From a virus: DNA of 64,000 nt. The notes below the pieces were generated by a model. It was not told the origin of the DNA. It did no database searches and was given only the letters and a program-made list of their open reading frames with translations. Made by a program: the position numbers and the translations under genes. Positions 31,793 through 41,016 of this stretch are shown here, piece by piece. Numbering within the stretch: the first letter of the stretch is position 1; each line of letters begins with the position of its first letter. The DNA lies in IMG/VR virus record IMGVR_UViG_3300044977_000123, positions 1-64,000 of that record. The stretch is one strand, 5' to 3'.

Positions 31793-32214
31793 GATGCGCT
31801 CCGCTCCGGGTCGACTTCGGGGTGCGTGAACCGCACGGGCAGTCCGAGGTACCGCGTGTATGAGATCTCCGCCGTGGTGGACTCCCCCACGTAATCGCCG
31901 ACGACCAGCACCTCCTGCGCCATGCGGATCTTCGCGCGGTGCAGGGCGTCCAGTTCGCGCTTCGCCTCGTCCGGGTTCGCAAGCTGCGCGGCCTCCATCG
32001 CCATGTTGACGTGCGGCATCAGCACGATCCGCCCGGCCAGCGACTCGTTCGCCGCAGCCTCGGCCATCTGCGCCTGGAACCGCATCGAGCCGCAGATGCA
32101 GACGACGGTCGGCGTGCGCTTCGTCTCGGCGAGATACGCGGCGAACCGCTCGACCTCGACCTGGTCGCCGGGTTCGAGCTTGGTGCGCGGGTCGTCCCCG
32201 CAGTTCGACGGCAT
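31789..32214 (-). CDS. nucleoside deoxyribosyltransferase-like (Rossmannoid) protein
   Basis: VVCICGSMRF, LHRAKI.MA.EVLVV, YVGEST.AEI.Y. Confidence 0.65.
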   Translation of the reverse strand: MPSNCGDDPRTKLEPGDQVEVERFAAYLAETKRTPTVVCICGSMRFQAQMAEAAANESLAGRIVLMPHVNMAMEAAQLANPDEAKRELDALHRAKIRMAQEVLVVGDYVGESTTAEISYTRYLGLPVRFTHPEVDPERSAS

Positions 32215-32215
32215 G

Positions 32216-33360
32216 TCAGCTTCCCGAACTTCCGGCGGTCGTGGTCATGGAGCGCTCGACGCCGTCGAGCAGCGCGCCCACCGCGCCGGCGAGACCGTCG
32301 TCGAGCTGGGCGTTCAACTCCCCCAGCGGCAGGTTGGTGAGGTTCGGCAGCCAGCCGTCGACGGGCGCGGGCTCGGCGACGAGGGCGTAGCCGGTCCGGC
32401 GGGGCTGGCCGGCCTTCGTCGTTGCGGAGTCGTGCAGGTTGCGGGCGAGGATCCGACGGGGCTGCTTGCCGCTGTGCGCGTCGACCACCTCGGCTCCGTT
32501 CAACCCGGACGTGTAGCTGACGATCCGGATGGTGGGGCCACCGCGCGGATCGCAGGAGCGGTAGATCTGGTCCTTGGTGATCACGGGGTGGCCTCCGTCT
32601 CGATGGGCAGCCACTTGGTGACCGTGACCTCGCGCTGCTCCATGGCGGTCGCGGTGACGGTATCGCCGTGCCAGCCGTGATCGTCGGTTCCGTCGCCACC
32701 GCCGACCTCGAAGTCGCCCATGTCGAGCGGGGCCTCGTACTCGACCGCCCAGGTGTCGCCGTCGTCGTCACTGAAGACCACGCGGCGCTTCTGGGAGTAC
32801 TTCAGGACGGTGATGTGCTCGTCGGCGAAGATGCCGTCCGTCCAGTCGCCCTCGTCGGGGCTGTCCGGGGGCACACCGAGGCCTTCGAGCTCGGCAACGG
32901 TGAACGTGCGGGTGATCGGCATGAGGGTCCTTCAGGTGAGGGTTGACGGGCTCGGTCAGACGTGCCGGAACGTGATGTCGGCGAGCTCGGTACGAGCCTC
33001 CGCGATCGTTGTGCGTCCGTTCGCGAGATCCCCGATGAGTCCGGCGGCGTGGTACTCGCCCTCGTCGGTGGCGTCTGTGAGACGGCTGGCGATCTCGGCG
33101 ATGAGCGCGAGGACATCGCTGTCCGCGTCGGTCTCGCCGTCCTCGTCGTCGAGGTACACGTCGTGGTCGGCGAACGCTGCAACGATCGCCGGGTCGTTCT
33201 TGAACTGCTCCAGCGACTCGTCCTCGGTGTCCCAGTCGCCGTTCTGGAGTGCACCAATGAGGTCGCCGAGGACGCGGGTCTTCATGGCATCGGGGGCGTT
33301 CAGCTCGACGAGTGCCTTGGCGACGGGGTCGAAGATGTCGCCGGCAGAGTTCCAGCCCAT
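32216..33360 (-). other. hypothetical genes: 32216-32584, 32581-32922, 32956-33360
   Basis: RBS GAAGGA, coupling. Confidence 0.6.
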
Positions 33361-33427
33361 GAGGGGCTCCTTCAGGTTGAGGGTTGGCCAGGGCTGCTCG
33401 CACAGCCCCGGTGGGACAACTGCTCTG

Positions 33428-33601
33428 TCAAATTGACGAGTTGAAGCCAGCGACAGCGAGGCGCTCGTCCGGGTTCTCCGCGAGGACCCGGGCGGCCACG
33501 GAGCGCTTGGCCGAGGGGTCGGCCATCTGGGCCAGCGGCCGGCGACGCCTCGGCGGCGCAGTCTCGGCGGGCTCGGGGCGGGTCTGCAGGGTGGCGGGCA
33601 T
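33428..33601 (-). CDS. FxSxx-COOH RiPP precursor-like peptide (57 aa)
   Basis: RBS GGAGG; ends RVL......RLAVAGFNSSI-stop, the family signature. Confidence 0.8.
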   Translation of the reverse strand: MPATLQTRPEPAETAPPRRRRPLAQMADPSAKRSVAARVLAENPDERLAVAGFNSSI

Positions 33602-33618
33602 GATGCCTCCAGTAGTGA

Positions 33619-34455
33619 TCAGGTGTTGGCGGCGAGGAGTTCGCCGTCGAGCGTGGCCAGACGCAGCCGCGCACGCATCGGAACCGGGTCCTTCCCCGGA
33701 ATCGGCCAGTCGTCCGCACGGACCCCGTACACGGGCGGCTCCCAGGCCTCGCTGCCGTAGAAGCGGTAGACGCCCACCCAGTCCGAGTCGAAGTAGCACG
33801 GCAGCAGACCGCCCCAGTTCGGGATCGCCTTCGGCGCACGGGCGTTCGTGTCCTTCAGCTGCAGCCGGGCCTGTTCCAGTTCGGCGCGGTGCCGGGTGCA
33901 ATACCAGTGGACCTTGTGCCAGCCGGTATCGGGGAGCAGCTCGATGGCGTAGTCGCTGGCGTCACTGCCGCACACGCCGAGCCGGTTGCGGAAGTCCGGC
34001 TCCGGCGACGCGGGCTGCTCCTGCCCGGCGAGCTCGAACAGGCTCGGCATGCTGTCCGGTGCGGACGGCTCCGGATACGGCCGCAGCCGGGGGGCGGCGC
34101 AGCGCCGGTACAGCTCGCCGCCCTGGTGTCGGTGCGCGTACAGGACCGGGGACTTGTAGCACGGCGCGTCCCGGACGACGAGTTCCCGAATCCTTGGCCG
34201 GCCGATGCGGTCGACGCCGAGGACGTCCCGGGCGACCGCCCACGGGCTGACTTCGTCCTCGCGGGGCGTTGTGAGCGCGTAGGCGAGGGCGAGGAGTAGT
34301 TCCTTCGACTCGTGGTCGGCGCGCTGGTCCTGGTAGATACGGCGGGCGTAGCGGGCGAACTCGTTGCCGTCGTCGCCACCGCCGCCTTTGCGCTTCCGCT
34401 TCGGCGCGGGGATCTCACGGGCGGGCGCGAGGTGCAGGGCTGCACCCATTTCCAT
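33619..34455 (-). CDS. hypothetical protein
   Basis: RBS AGGAG, GC3 bias. Confidence 0.65.
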   Translation of the reverse strand: MEMGAALHLAPAREIPAPKRKRKGGGGDDGNEFARYARRIYQDQRADHESKELLLALAYALTTPREDEVSPWAVARDVLGVDRIGRPRIRELVVRDAPCYKSPVLYAHRHQGGELYRRCAAPRLRPYPEPSAPDSMPSLFELAGQEQPASPEPDFRNRLGVCGSDASDYAIELLPDTGWHKVHWYCTRHRAELEQARLQLKDTNARAPKAIPNWGGLLPCYFDSDWVGVYRFYGSEAWEPPVYGVRADDWPIPGKDPVPMRARLRLATLDGELLAANT

Positions 34456-34559
34456 CTCCTGGTGATATCAGGTGATTGATCCACTTATTGTCCCACTTCT
34501 GACGCGCCGCCAAGGCCGGTTTGGCGTAAGCCAGAGTGAGAGGTTCGTGCAGGTCAGCG

Positions 34560-34820
34560 CTAGTTCGTCGGCCACAGGAACACGGCCGGGACCGCATCGT
34601 CCGGGGCCAGGTCGTCCTCGCCGTACTCAGGGTCGGCAGCTACCTGCTCCTCAGTCAGGTAGTGCTCACCGGAGTAGGTGCTGTCGGCGCTGTACATCGC
34701 CGTCTCGACCTCGGCGAGCGGCGAGAAACCGTTGCCCTCGCCGTCCTCCGACAGCACAACGATCGTGTCGCCGGGCAGGTCCAGTTCCGCGAGCTCGGCG
34801 CGGAGTTCGTCCAGGGTCAT
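34560..34820 (-). CDS. acidic hypothetical protein
   Basis: RBS AAGGAG; D.EGNGFSPL motif. Confidence 0.65.
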   Translation of the reverse strand: MTLDELRAELAELDLPGDTIVVLSEDGEGNGFSPLAEVETAMYSADSTYSGEHYLTEEQVAADPEYGEDDLAPDDAVPAVFLWPTN

Positions 34821-34853
34821 CGTGCTCTCCTTCGTAGTGGTGCCAGTTGCAGG

Positions 34854-35651
34854 TCAGCCACGACCAGCCGCGACCATCGCCGCGACCGCGATCCAGCCCT
34901 TGTGCCACGACTGATCGAGCAGGTATCCGGCGCCCGGGTCCCGCTTCAGCCAGCCCCGATGCCCAGTCACCGCAGCCAGCTGGACGACGCCGCGCGGATG
35001 CTCGTCGCGCCAGTGGCCGCCCTGCCGGTCGGCGACGTAGTGCGTGACCGCAGAGACGGCGAGAGCAGCAGCTGCTCGGCGCGGGCTCAGGTTGAGACCG
35101 AGCAGCCGGTCGGCAGCCAGGAGCGCGAGGTCCTCGCGCGGCCCGTAGTCGCAGACGATCCGGTTCGCCGGGTAGATCGCCTCAGCAAGGTAGGTCAGCT
35201 GCGGGTCGAGCCGGCTGAGGTCTGCGGCGTCGAGCCACTGCTGTGCCCAGTCCGCCTGCTCGCTGATGAACGAGCCCTTGGATGCGGCGTGCCAGCGGCC
35301 GTCGTAGTGGAACACGATGATCAGAGAGCCGTCGGCCTTGTCGAACACCTCGAACGGCTCGGCCGGGAGCGGCGGCGCGAAGTCGTGGACGCCGTGCATC
35401 GCCGTCACGAAGATCTTCGGGAACGGGAACGCCACGATCCCGCCCGTGACGTCGTCGGCTATGAGGCCCCGGCAGGCCATGGTGACCGGCGTCCAGATGT
35501 GCCCGTACTGGCAGTCCCGGGTGTACGTGAAGATCGACAGCGGCAGGTCGGGGTGGGACTTGCGGGTGACGTGGCCGGCCTCAATCGCTGCAGCCAAGTC
35601 ATCGGGCGGGAACAGGTCGGCCAAGGTCAAGCCGGTCGTCGCGGTGGTCAC
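34854..35651 (-). pseudogene. chimera: N-terminal part of a T4 Rnl1-like RNA ligase fused in frame to a DUF3307-like C-terminus
   Basis: CRGLI, FPKIF, KADGS, ASKGSF, EAIYPANRIV; then THYVADR...LDQSWH; ligase motifs IV/V absent. Confidence 0.7.
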
Positions 35652-35790
35652 GGGGTGCTCCTTGAAGGTTGAGCAGCGCAGGATTGATCGGGACGGGCAG
35701 GGCTCATGCGCTGAGCGGATCAGAATCGGCGGATCGATGATGCAGGCGTATGAGTCATGGTGCACCCCCGGGCGGGGAGATCGGGCGGGG

Positions 35791-36444
35791 TCAGGCGGCG
35801 CGCTTGGCCGCGTTTCGGGTCCGTCGGCGCAGGTTCGCGATCGCGGACTCGCCGACGCCTTCGGTACCAGCCGTGGTGCCGGCGCGCCGGTCGCAGCCCC
35901 AGTGCACTGACGGGGTCTCGCCTTCGTGCCACAGCTCCCGGAACGAGCCCCTGGCTCGCCCGAGGAGGGACCTGTACGTCTGGTCTGCGATGTCGAGCAG
36001 GCGTGCCGCTGAGGGATAGTCGTCCACGGCGGCCAGCGCAGTGAATGCCTCCCGCTGGCGCGGGGTGAGGGCTGCGAGAATCTGCTCCAGGGCGAGCCGC
36101 TCGACGATGCCGTTCTCCGGGCTCGGTGTGGTGCGCCCGGACCAGCGCCAGTACATGGCGAACTTCAGGCCGTTGTTGGTGCCGTCCGACCGTGCTCCGT
36201 GGTGGCGCATACTGTCGCGGACGTCCTGGGCGAGGGCTTGGCGTCCGGCCTCCATCAGCTCGGTCCGCAGCGGCGCCTCGCCGGCCTCGCAGAGACGTTC
36301 GACAATGCCGTGCCATGCGGCGGCGTACAGGTCGTCGCGGTCCCCGGCCAGCCACCACGCCCGGTTGTTCGACACGACCGACCGGGCAAGCTTGTCGAGG
36401 TCGGTGAGGGTCCAGCCGTAGCGGATGCCGTCGGTGGTGGTCAT
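35791..36444 (-). CDS. ECF/sigma-70-like protein
   Basis: DDLYAAAW (region 2-like); LAALTPRQREA...AARLLDI...SLLGRAR (region 4-like). Confidence 0.6.
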   Translation of the reverse strand: MTTTDGIRYGWTLTDLDKLARSVVSNNRAWWLAGDRDDLYAAAWHGIVERLCEAGEAPLRTELMEAGRQALAQDVRDSMRHHGARSDGTNNGLKFAMYWRWSGRTTPSPENGIVERLALEQILAALTPRQREAFTALAAVDDYPSAARLLDIADQTYRSLLGRARGSFRELWHEGETPSVHWGCDRRAGTTAGTEGVGESAIANLRRRTRNAAKRAA

Positions 36445-36457
36445 CGTGTGGCGCCTT

Positions 36458-36808
36458 TCAGGCTGCGCGGTTAGCGCGCTTCTCGGAGTGGCCGTGGGAT
36501 CGGCCACAGCGCTTGCAGGCCCCGACATGGGTGCAGTCGGGCAGCTCAGCGATCCATGGTCGGATGATCAGCGTCTTGGGGTGCATCCCGTGCTCGACCA
36601 TGTGCGCCCGCATAAAGTCGACGTCGTCGCGTTCGAACGACCCGTACTCCATGAGCGCACCCGCGATGGAGATCGCCAGCACCCGGGACTGGCCGCGGCC
36701 TTCGAACCGGGCCGCGTAGGGCAGCCACCAGTTCATGCCGGTACCGACTGCGTTGGCCTTGACCTCGTCGACGATCAGGCCGAACCGGGCGGTCGTCGTG
36801 GTGGACAT
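36458..36808 (-). CDS. hypothetical protein
   Basis: RBS AAGGAG. Confidence 0.6.
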   Translation of the reverse strand: MSTTTTARFGLIVDEVKANAVGTGMNWWLPYAARFEGRGQSRVLAISIAGALMEYGSFERDDVDFMRAHMVEHGMHPKTLIIRPWIAELPDCTHVGACKRCGRSHGHSEKRANRAA

Positions 36809-36848
36809 GCGGGGCTCCTTCAAGAGGCTGGCAGGGATGGGGTGGTGA

Positions 36849-37466
36849 TCAGACGCGGCATGCCCAGCCCTCGGGCTCCTCGGCACTGACGCCGCCGTAG
36901 TAGTTGACGTCGAAGTAGTCGGTGGTGATGTCCGAGCCGTTGTAGTTGTAGGCGCGGTGGATGGTGCGTAGTTCGTCGGCGAGGGCCTTGAGCGCCGGGG
37001 TTGCGACGCGCCGCTCACGGCCGCAGGCGTCTGCCCCGCTGGTCCAGCCCCAGGCCTCGGGAATGTTCCGGATGATGATGTCGATGGAGCCGCCGCCGGA
37101 GTACTTCTGCGTGCGGACGGCGAACTTGATGACGGCTGGCGCGTCGGCGATCGGGTCGGCGATGGCGAGCGCGCCGGGCTCGGCAGCCTTGAGGCCGATC
37201 TTGCGGGAGAGCTTGATGTCGGCGCGCATGAGCTTCGCAATTACGGCGATGTCCCAGATGTTGCGGACGGTGTCGTACTTCGCGCCGTAGGTGCGGTGGT
37301 CGACCCAGCCGGTCGCGGTGAGCCTCTCGCCACCGGTGCGGGCCTTAATGATGAGGCGGGCGAGCATGCGGCGGCCGGCTTCGCGTTCTTCGTCACCGGT
37401 GCGGGGGTGGTCGATGAGCGCCTGGAGGAGCTGAATCTTCTTCGCAGTCTTCGTGGCGGTCATCAT
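36849..37466 (-). CDS. LPD29-like (large polyvalent protein-associated) domain protein
   Basis: KFAVR..YSGGGSIDI...AYNYNGSDITTDYFDVNYY. Confidence 0.7.
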   Translation of the reverse strand: MMTATKTAKKIQLLQALIDHPRTGDEEREAGRRMLARLIIKARTGGERLTATGWVDHRTYGAKYDTVRNIWDIAVIAKLMRADIKLSRKIGLKAAEPGALAIADPIADAPAVIKFAVRTQKYSGGGSIDIIIRNIPEAWGWTSGADACGRERRVATPALKALADELRTIHRAYNYNGSDITTDYFDVNYYGGVSAEEPEGWACRV

Positions 37467-37497
37467 GTCCATCCCCCTGCTGCTCACTGCCTGTTTA

Positions 37498-37576
37498 TGT
37501 ACTTACAGAATCCTCCCCGCGCGCACCCTTGTCAAGCCATACCCCAAGGCTGGATGCTAGATTTGTACTTACAGAA
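37498..37576. promoter_or_regulatory. two TGTACTTACAGAA operators in a divergent promoter
   Basis: identical 13-mers at 37498 and 37564. Confidence 0.7.
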
Positions 37577-37591
37577 ACGAGGGAGGCGATC

Positions 37592-37771
37592 ATGGCCAGG
37601 CCGAAGACTGGGACAACCCCCGTCCGCAACGTCCGCGTACCCGACGGCCTTTGGCACGCCGCCCAAGAGAAGGCCGCCGCCGAGGGCAGAACGCTTACCG
37701 AGGTGATCCTCAGCGCACTCCATCGCTACGTTTCCGCGCCGGCCAAGGCGCCGGCCGATTCCGACGACTGA
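37592..37771 (+). CDS. ribbon-helix-helix regulator
   Basis: TPVRNVRVPDGLW.AAQEKAAAEGRTLTEVI..ALHRYV; RBS GGAGG. Confidence 0.8.
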   Translation: MARPKTGTTPVRNVRVPDGLWHAAQEKAAAEGRTLTEVILSALHRYVSAPAKAPADSDD

Positions 37772-37777
37772 GCCCAG

Positions 37778-39169
37778 CTATGCGGCGGCGCCCGGCGTCC
37801 AGGACGTCGCGAGGCTCCGCAGGCGGCCGAACCGACCTTGGAACGACAGCCAGATCTCCTTGCCCTGCCCGCCGTTGCGGTTCTTGCCGACGATCAGCAG
37901 CACCTTCCCCGCGGTCGGGCCGGTGTCGGAGCCGTCCGCCGCCAGTTCGCGGTGCAGCAGCACGATGACCGAGGCGTCCTGCTCGATCTGCGATGAGTCC
38001 TTGAAGTCCGTGACCAGCGGCTGCCGCCCGACGGCTCCGCGGTTGAACTGGGCGAGGGCGACCACGGGCACGTCGAACTCGTGCGCCAGGCGCTTCAGGC
38101 CGCGCGAGATCCCCGCGACCTCCTGCGTCCGGTTCCCGCCCGCGCTGCCGCCAGGGCTCGGCGAGATGAGCTGCAGGTAGTCGACCAGGACCATGCCCGG
38201 CGGTGTGCCCTGGCCGTGCATCCACCGCACCCGCGCCCGGATCTTCTCGACCGTCAGCGACGGCGAGTCGTCGAGGATGAAGTTGTGGGCGCCGCGCATC
38301 ACCGCATCGACGCGGGCGATCTTGTCCCAGTCGTCGTCGGTGACCTGTCGCCGCACCAGGTGGCTGAGTTCGACACCGGCCTCGGCGGCAGTCAGCCGGG
38401 CGAGGAGTTCCCGGCGGCCCATCTCCAGTGAAGCCACCAGAACGGGCAGGCCCTTCTTGAGTGCGATGTGCGCGGCGAGGTTCATGGCGAACAGCGACTT
38501 GCCGCCGCCCGTCCCGGCGCCGACGACCGTGAGCTCCTTGGGCTTGAACTGCACAACCTCGTTGAGGTCAGGCCACGGCGAGTCGAGGGCGCGCGGATCC
38601 TCCTTTGCGGACAGCTCGTCGATGAACGGCTCCCACTCGTCCGCGACGGACATGGTCTGCGTATCGCCGCCGGCTGCGTCGGCGAGGAGTGCTTGCAGTT
38701 CGCCGAGGGCGGCGTCGAGGACCTCTTCGGGCTCGGCTTCCTTGGCGCGGGCCATTGACGCGAGGCGCTCGCCGATCTCGGTGAGGCGGCGCAGCGTGTA
38801 CTTGCTGCGGACGATGTCGGCATACCACTGGGCGTTCGCGGCGGTCGGAACGTTGTGGACGAGGGTGTGCAGGTAGCCGGGGCCGCCGCAGCGGACGAGG
38901 TCGCCTTGCTTCTCCAGCGCCTTGGCGACGGTGATCGGGTCGGGCTGCTCGCCGCCGGGGGCACCGTGGAGGCTGAGGATCGCCTGGTGGATGAGTCCGT
39001 GGGCACCCCGGTAGTAGTGCTCGGGCTTGAGGATCTCGTCGGCGTCGCTGATGGCGCTGTCGGAGATGAGCATCGCGCCGAGGACGGCCTGCTCGGCGGC
39101 GAGATCGGTGGGGTACGTCGGCTCGGCCGGCTCGGTCTCGTCGTCGTACGGGTCTTCGTGCTGGGTCAT
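37778..39169 (-). CDS. dnaB: replicative DNA helicase, full length
   Basis: AEQAVLGAML N-domain, GAGTGGGKS, SLEM, VDYLQL, LAQFNR, IEQDA, KNRNG. Confidence 0.92.
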   Translation of the reverse strand: MTQHEDPYDDETEPAEPTYPTDLAAEQAVLGAMLISDSAISDADEILKPEHYYRGAHGLIHQAILSLHGAPGGEQPDPITVAKALEKQGDLVRCGGPGYLHTLVHNVPTAANAQWYADIVRSKYTLRRLTEIGERLASMARAKEAEPEEVLDAALGELQALLADAAGGDTQTMSVADEWEPFIDELSAKEDPRALDSPWPDLNEVVQFKPKELTVVGAGTGGGKSLFAMNLAAHIALKKGLPVLVASLEMGRRELLARLTAAEAGVELSHLVRRQVTDDDWDKIARVDAVMRGAHNFILDDSPSLTVEKIRARVRWMHGQGTPPGMVLVDYLQLISPSPGGSAGGNRTQEVAGISRGLKRLAHEFDVPVVALAQFNRGAVGRQPLVTDFKDSSQIEQDASVIVLLHRELAADGSDTGPTAGKVLLIVGKNRNGGQGKEIWLSFQGRFGRLRSLATSWTPGAAA

Positions 39170-40005
39170 GCGGCGTCCTGATAGTCGGGGTGGCAGTGGC
39201 AGGGCTGCGCGAGGGAGAAGCCGTTGGCGTCGGTGACGTCGCGGGTGCGGGTGTCGGGGTCGCAGTCGCGGTCGCCGCACCAGTCGGGCAGGCTGGGAGA
39301 GGCCCGTTGCCGGTCGTCGGCCTGCTTGGCGCGCCAGGTCTGAGCGAGCTCGGGCATGTCGTCGGCTGCGGCACGCCAGAACGCGGGGGTGCGGACCTTG
39401 CACTCGGCGGTGACCCAGGCGATGAACGCCGGTTCGTCGTCCAGGGGGACGACGCCTCGCACGGCTTTCTGGGCGGCAGTGAGTCGGGTGGTGGTTTTGC
39501 TCGCGTCAGCGATGGTCTCTCTCTCGGCGACTGGAGCGGCGGACTGGCCGTCGGCCGGGAGAGGAGAGGTACTTGAGGAGCAAAGAGGAGTAGGGGTCAT
39601 CTGTTGGATGAAGAATCCGGCCGATTCCTCATCTGATGGATGAAGGGTCGTGTTCGATGCTTCATCTGTTGGGTGAAGAATCTCGTCGGCCACTTCGGGA
39701 TCTTCATCTGATGGATGAAGAATCTTGGGGTCCATCACGGGGATGCGGTACCGCGCGGACCTGCCCTTGACGCCTGCCTCGACGACCTCCAGGACACCCT
39801 TGCGGATCAGCGCGCTGCGCAGGTTCGACCAAGCCGGGACGCTCAGGCGCACGCGCCGCAAGATCTCCGGGTCGTTGATCTTCGAGAAGGTGAGACGCGT
39901 CTTCTCGTTCGCGTCCCGCGCCAGGACGATCAGTCCCTTCCACTCCCCCGCCGTGAGGGTGTCCGGGGCATGGTCCATCACCTCTTCGACCAGCTTGATG
40001 CCCAT
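39166..40005 (-). CDS. replication initiator 2 (phage-type)
   Basis: N-terminal wHTH-like region, internal iterons, LPDWCG..CD..TR...PC.CHP C-terminus; coupled to dnaB. Confidence 0.75.
   Translation of the reverse strand: MGIKLVEEVMDHAPDTLTAGEWKGLIVLARDANEKTRLTFSKINDPEILRRVRLSVPAWSNLRSALIRKGVLEVVEAGVKGRSARYRIPVMDPKILHPSDEDPEVADEILHPTDEASNTTLHPSDEESAGFFIQQMTPTPLCSSSTSPLPADGQSAAPVAERETIADASKTTTRLTAAQKAVRGVVPLDDEPAFIAWVTAECKVRTPAFWRAAADDMPELAQTWRAKQADDRQRASPSLPDWCGDRDCDPDTRTRDVTDANGFSLAQPCHCHPDYQDAA
39597..39720. repeat. four iterons TCATCTGWTGGRTGAAG (putative origin 2)
   Basis: copies at 39597, 39629, 39662, 39704. Confidence 0.85.
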
Positions 40006-40103
40006 CAGCGCACCACCGCCGAGCGGTGGTCGTAATGAGCGAGGCGCAGTGACACGGACTCTCCGGCGTTCGTACGGTTCGGGTAGGCGAACTGCAGCGT
40101 CGG

Positions 40104-40331
40104 CTAGCCGTCGGCCTCGGCGAGCGGGTCGGTCATGTAGGCGTCGACGTCCCGGCGCCGGTAGCGCACCGGAGCCCGGATGCCTTTGCCGAGCTTCACG
40201 TAGGGGATGCCGACCTTCTTGTAGCGGTGGTCGGCGAGGGTCTGTGGCTTGAGCCGCGTGATCACGGAGACCTCTTTGGCCGTGAGTAGGTCCTCCGGGT
40301 CTCCGACCAGCTGCGTTGATTCTGTAATCAC
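40104..40331 (-). CDS. excisionase/AlpA-like HTH protein
   Basis: LLTAKEVS..TRL..QTL...R....GIPYVKLG...VRYRRRDV. Confidence 0.8.
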   Translation of the reverse strand: MITESTQLVGDPEDLLTAKEVSVITRLKPQTLADHRYKKVGIPYVKLGKGIRAPVRYRRRDVDAYMTDPLAEADG

Positions 40332-40434
40332 GCGCTTCCTTTCAAAACGTGAGTGCTTCGATGTTAGAAGTATATACGGCAAAGTAGGCCCGTGTCGTTG
40401 GTTGCAGACCTAGATCGCGTGAGAGGCTGCCGCC
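40332..40434. promoter_or_regulatory. AT-rich divergent switch region
   Basis: AT-rich spacer between the Xis-like and XRE genes. Confidence 0.6.
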
Positions 40435-40962
40435 ATGGCAGCGGACGAACCGACGAACAAGCGAAGGGCCAACCAGCTCGGCCCCACAGGGCAAGCAGTC
40501 GCCGTCAACGTCGCCAGAATCCGCGTAGCCCTCGGCCTGTCGACCTACAAGCTGTCCGAGCGGCTCACCAACCTCGGCCGGCCCATCGCAGCCTCCGCGA
40601 TCAGCAAGATCGAGGGCGGCACCCGCCGCGTCGACGCCGACGACCTCATGGCCCTCGCTGTCGCCCTCGACGTCCCGCCGTCGGCGCTCCTCCTGGAGCC
40701 AGTCAGCGAAGGCCCGCTGGTCCTACTCGACGACTACGAGGACATGGCGGCCGTGGTGTGGGACTGGGCAGAGGGCAAAGGGCCTCTTCGTCTGCCCGAG
40801 GACGACGACGGCGAATACTGGAATGCCTGGCAGTCCCGTGCCAAACCGGCGGGTCGGCGGGAATTCCGGGTGACGGCCCGGGCCGAAGCGAAGGCCACCA
40901 CTATCGCCACAGAAGTGCTGGACAGGCTCGCGAAGCACCGGTCGCGCCGCCCCGCCGAGTAG
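40435..40962 (+). CDS. XRE-family repressor
   Basis: NVARIR...GLS..KLS......ISKIEGGTRRVDADDLMALAVALDV. Confidence 0.85.
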   Translation: MAADEPTNKRRANQLGPTGQAVAVNVARIRVALGLSTYKLSERLTNLGRPIAASAISKIEGGTRRVDADDLMALAVALDVPPSALLLEPVSEGPLVLLDDYEDMAAVVWDWAEGKGPLRLPEDDDGEYWNAWQSRAKPAGRREFRVTARAEAKATTIATEVLDRLAKHRSRRPAE

Positions 40963-40973
40963 CCCCGCCCGCG

Positions 40974-41008
40974 CCGCAGCCCCCGCCCGACCTGGACGGG
41001 GGCTGCGG
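40974..41008. terminator. hairpin between convergent genes
   Basis: CCGCAGCCCCCG...CGGGGGCTGCGG. Confidence 0.65.
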
Positions 41009-41016
41009 GGTGACGG

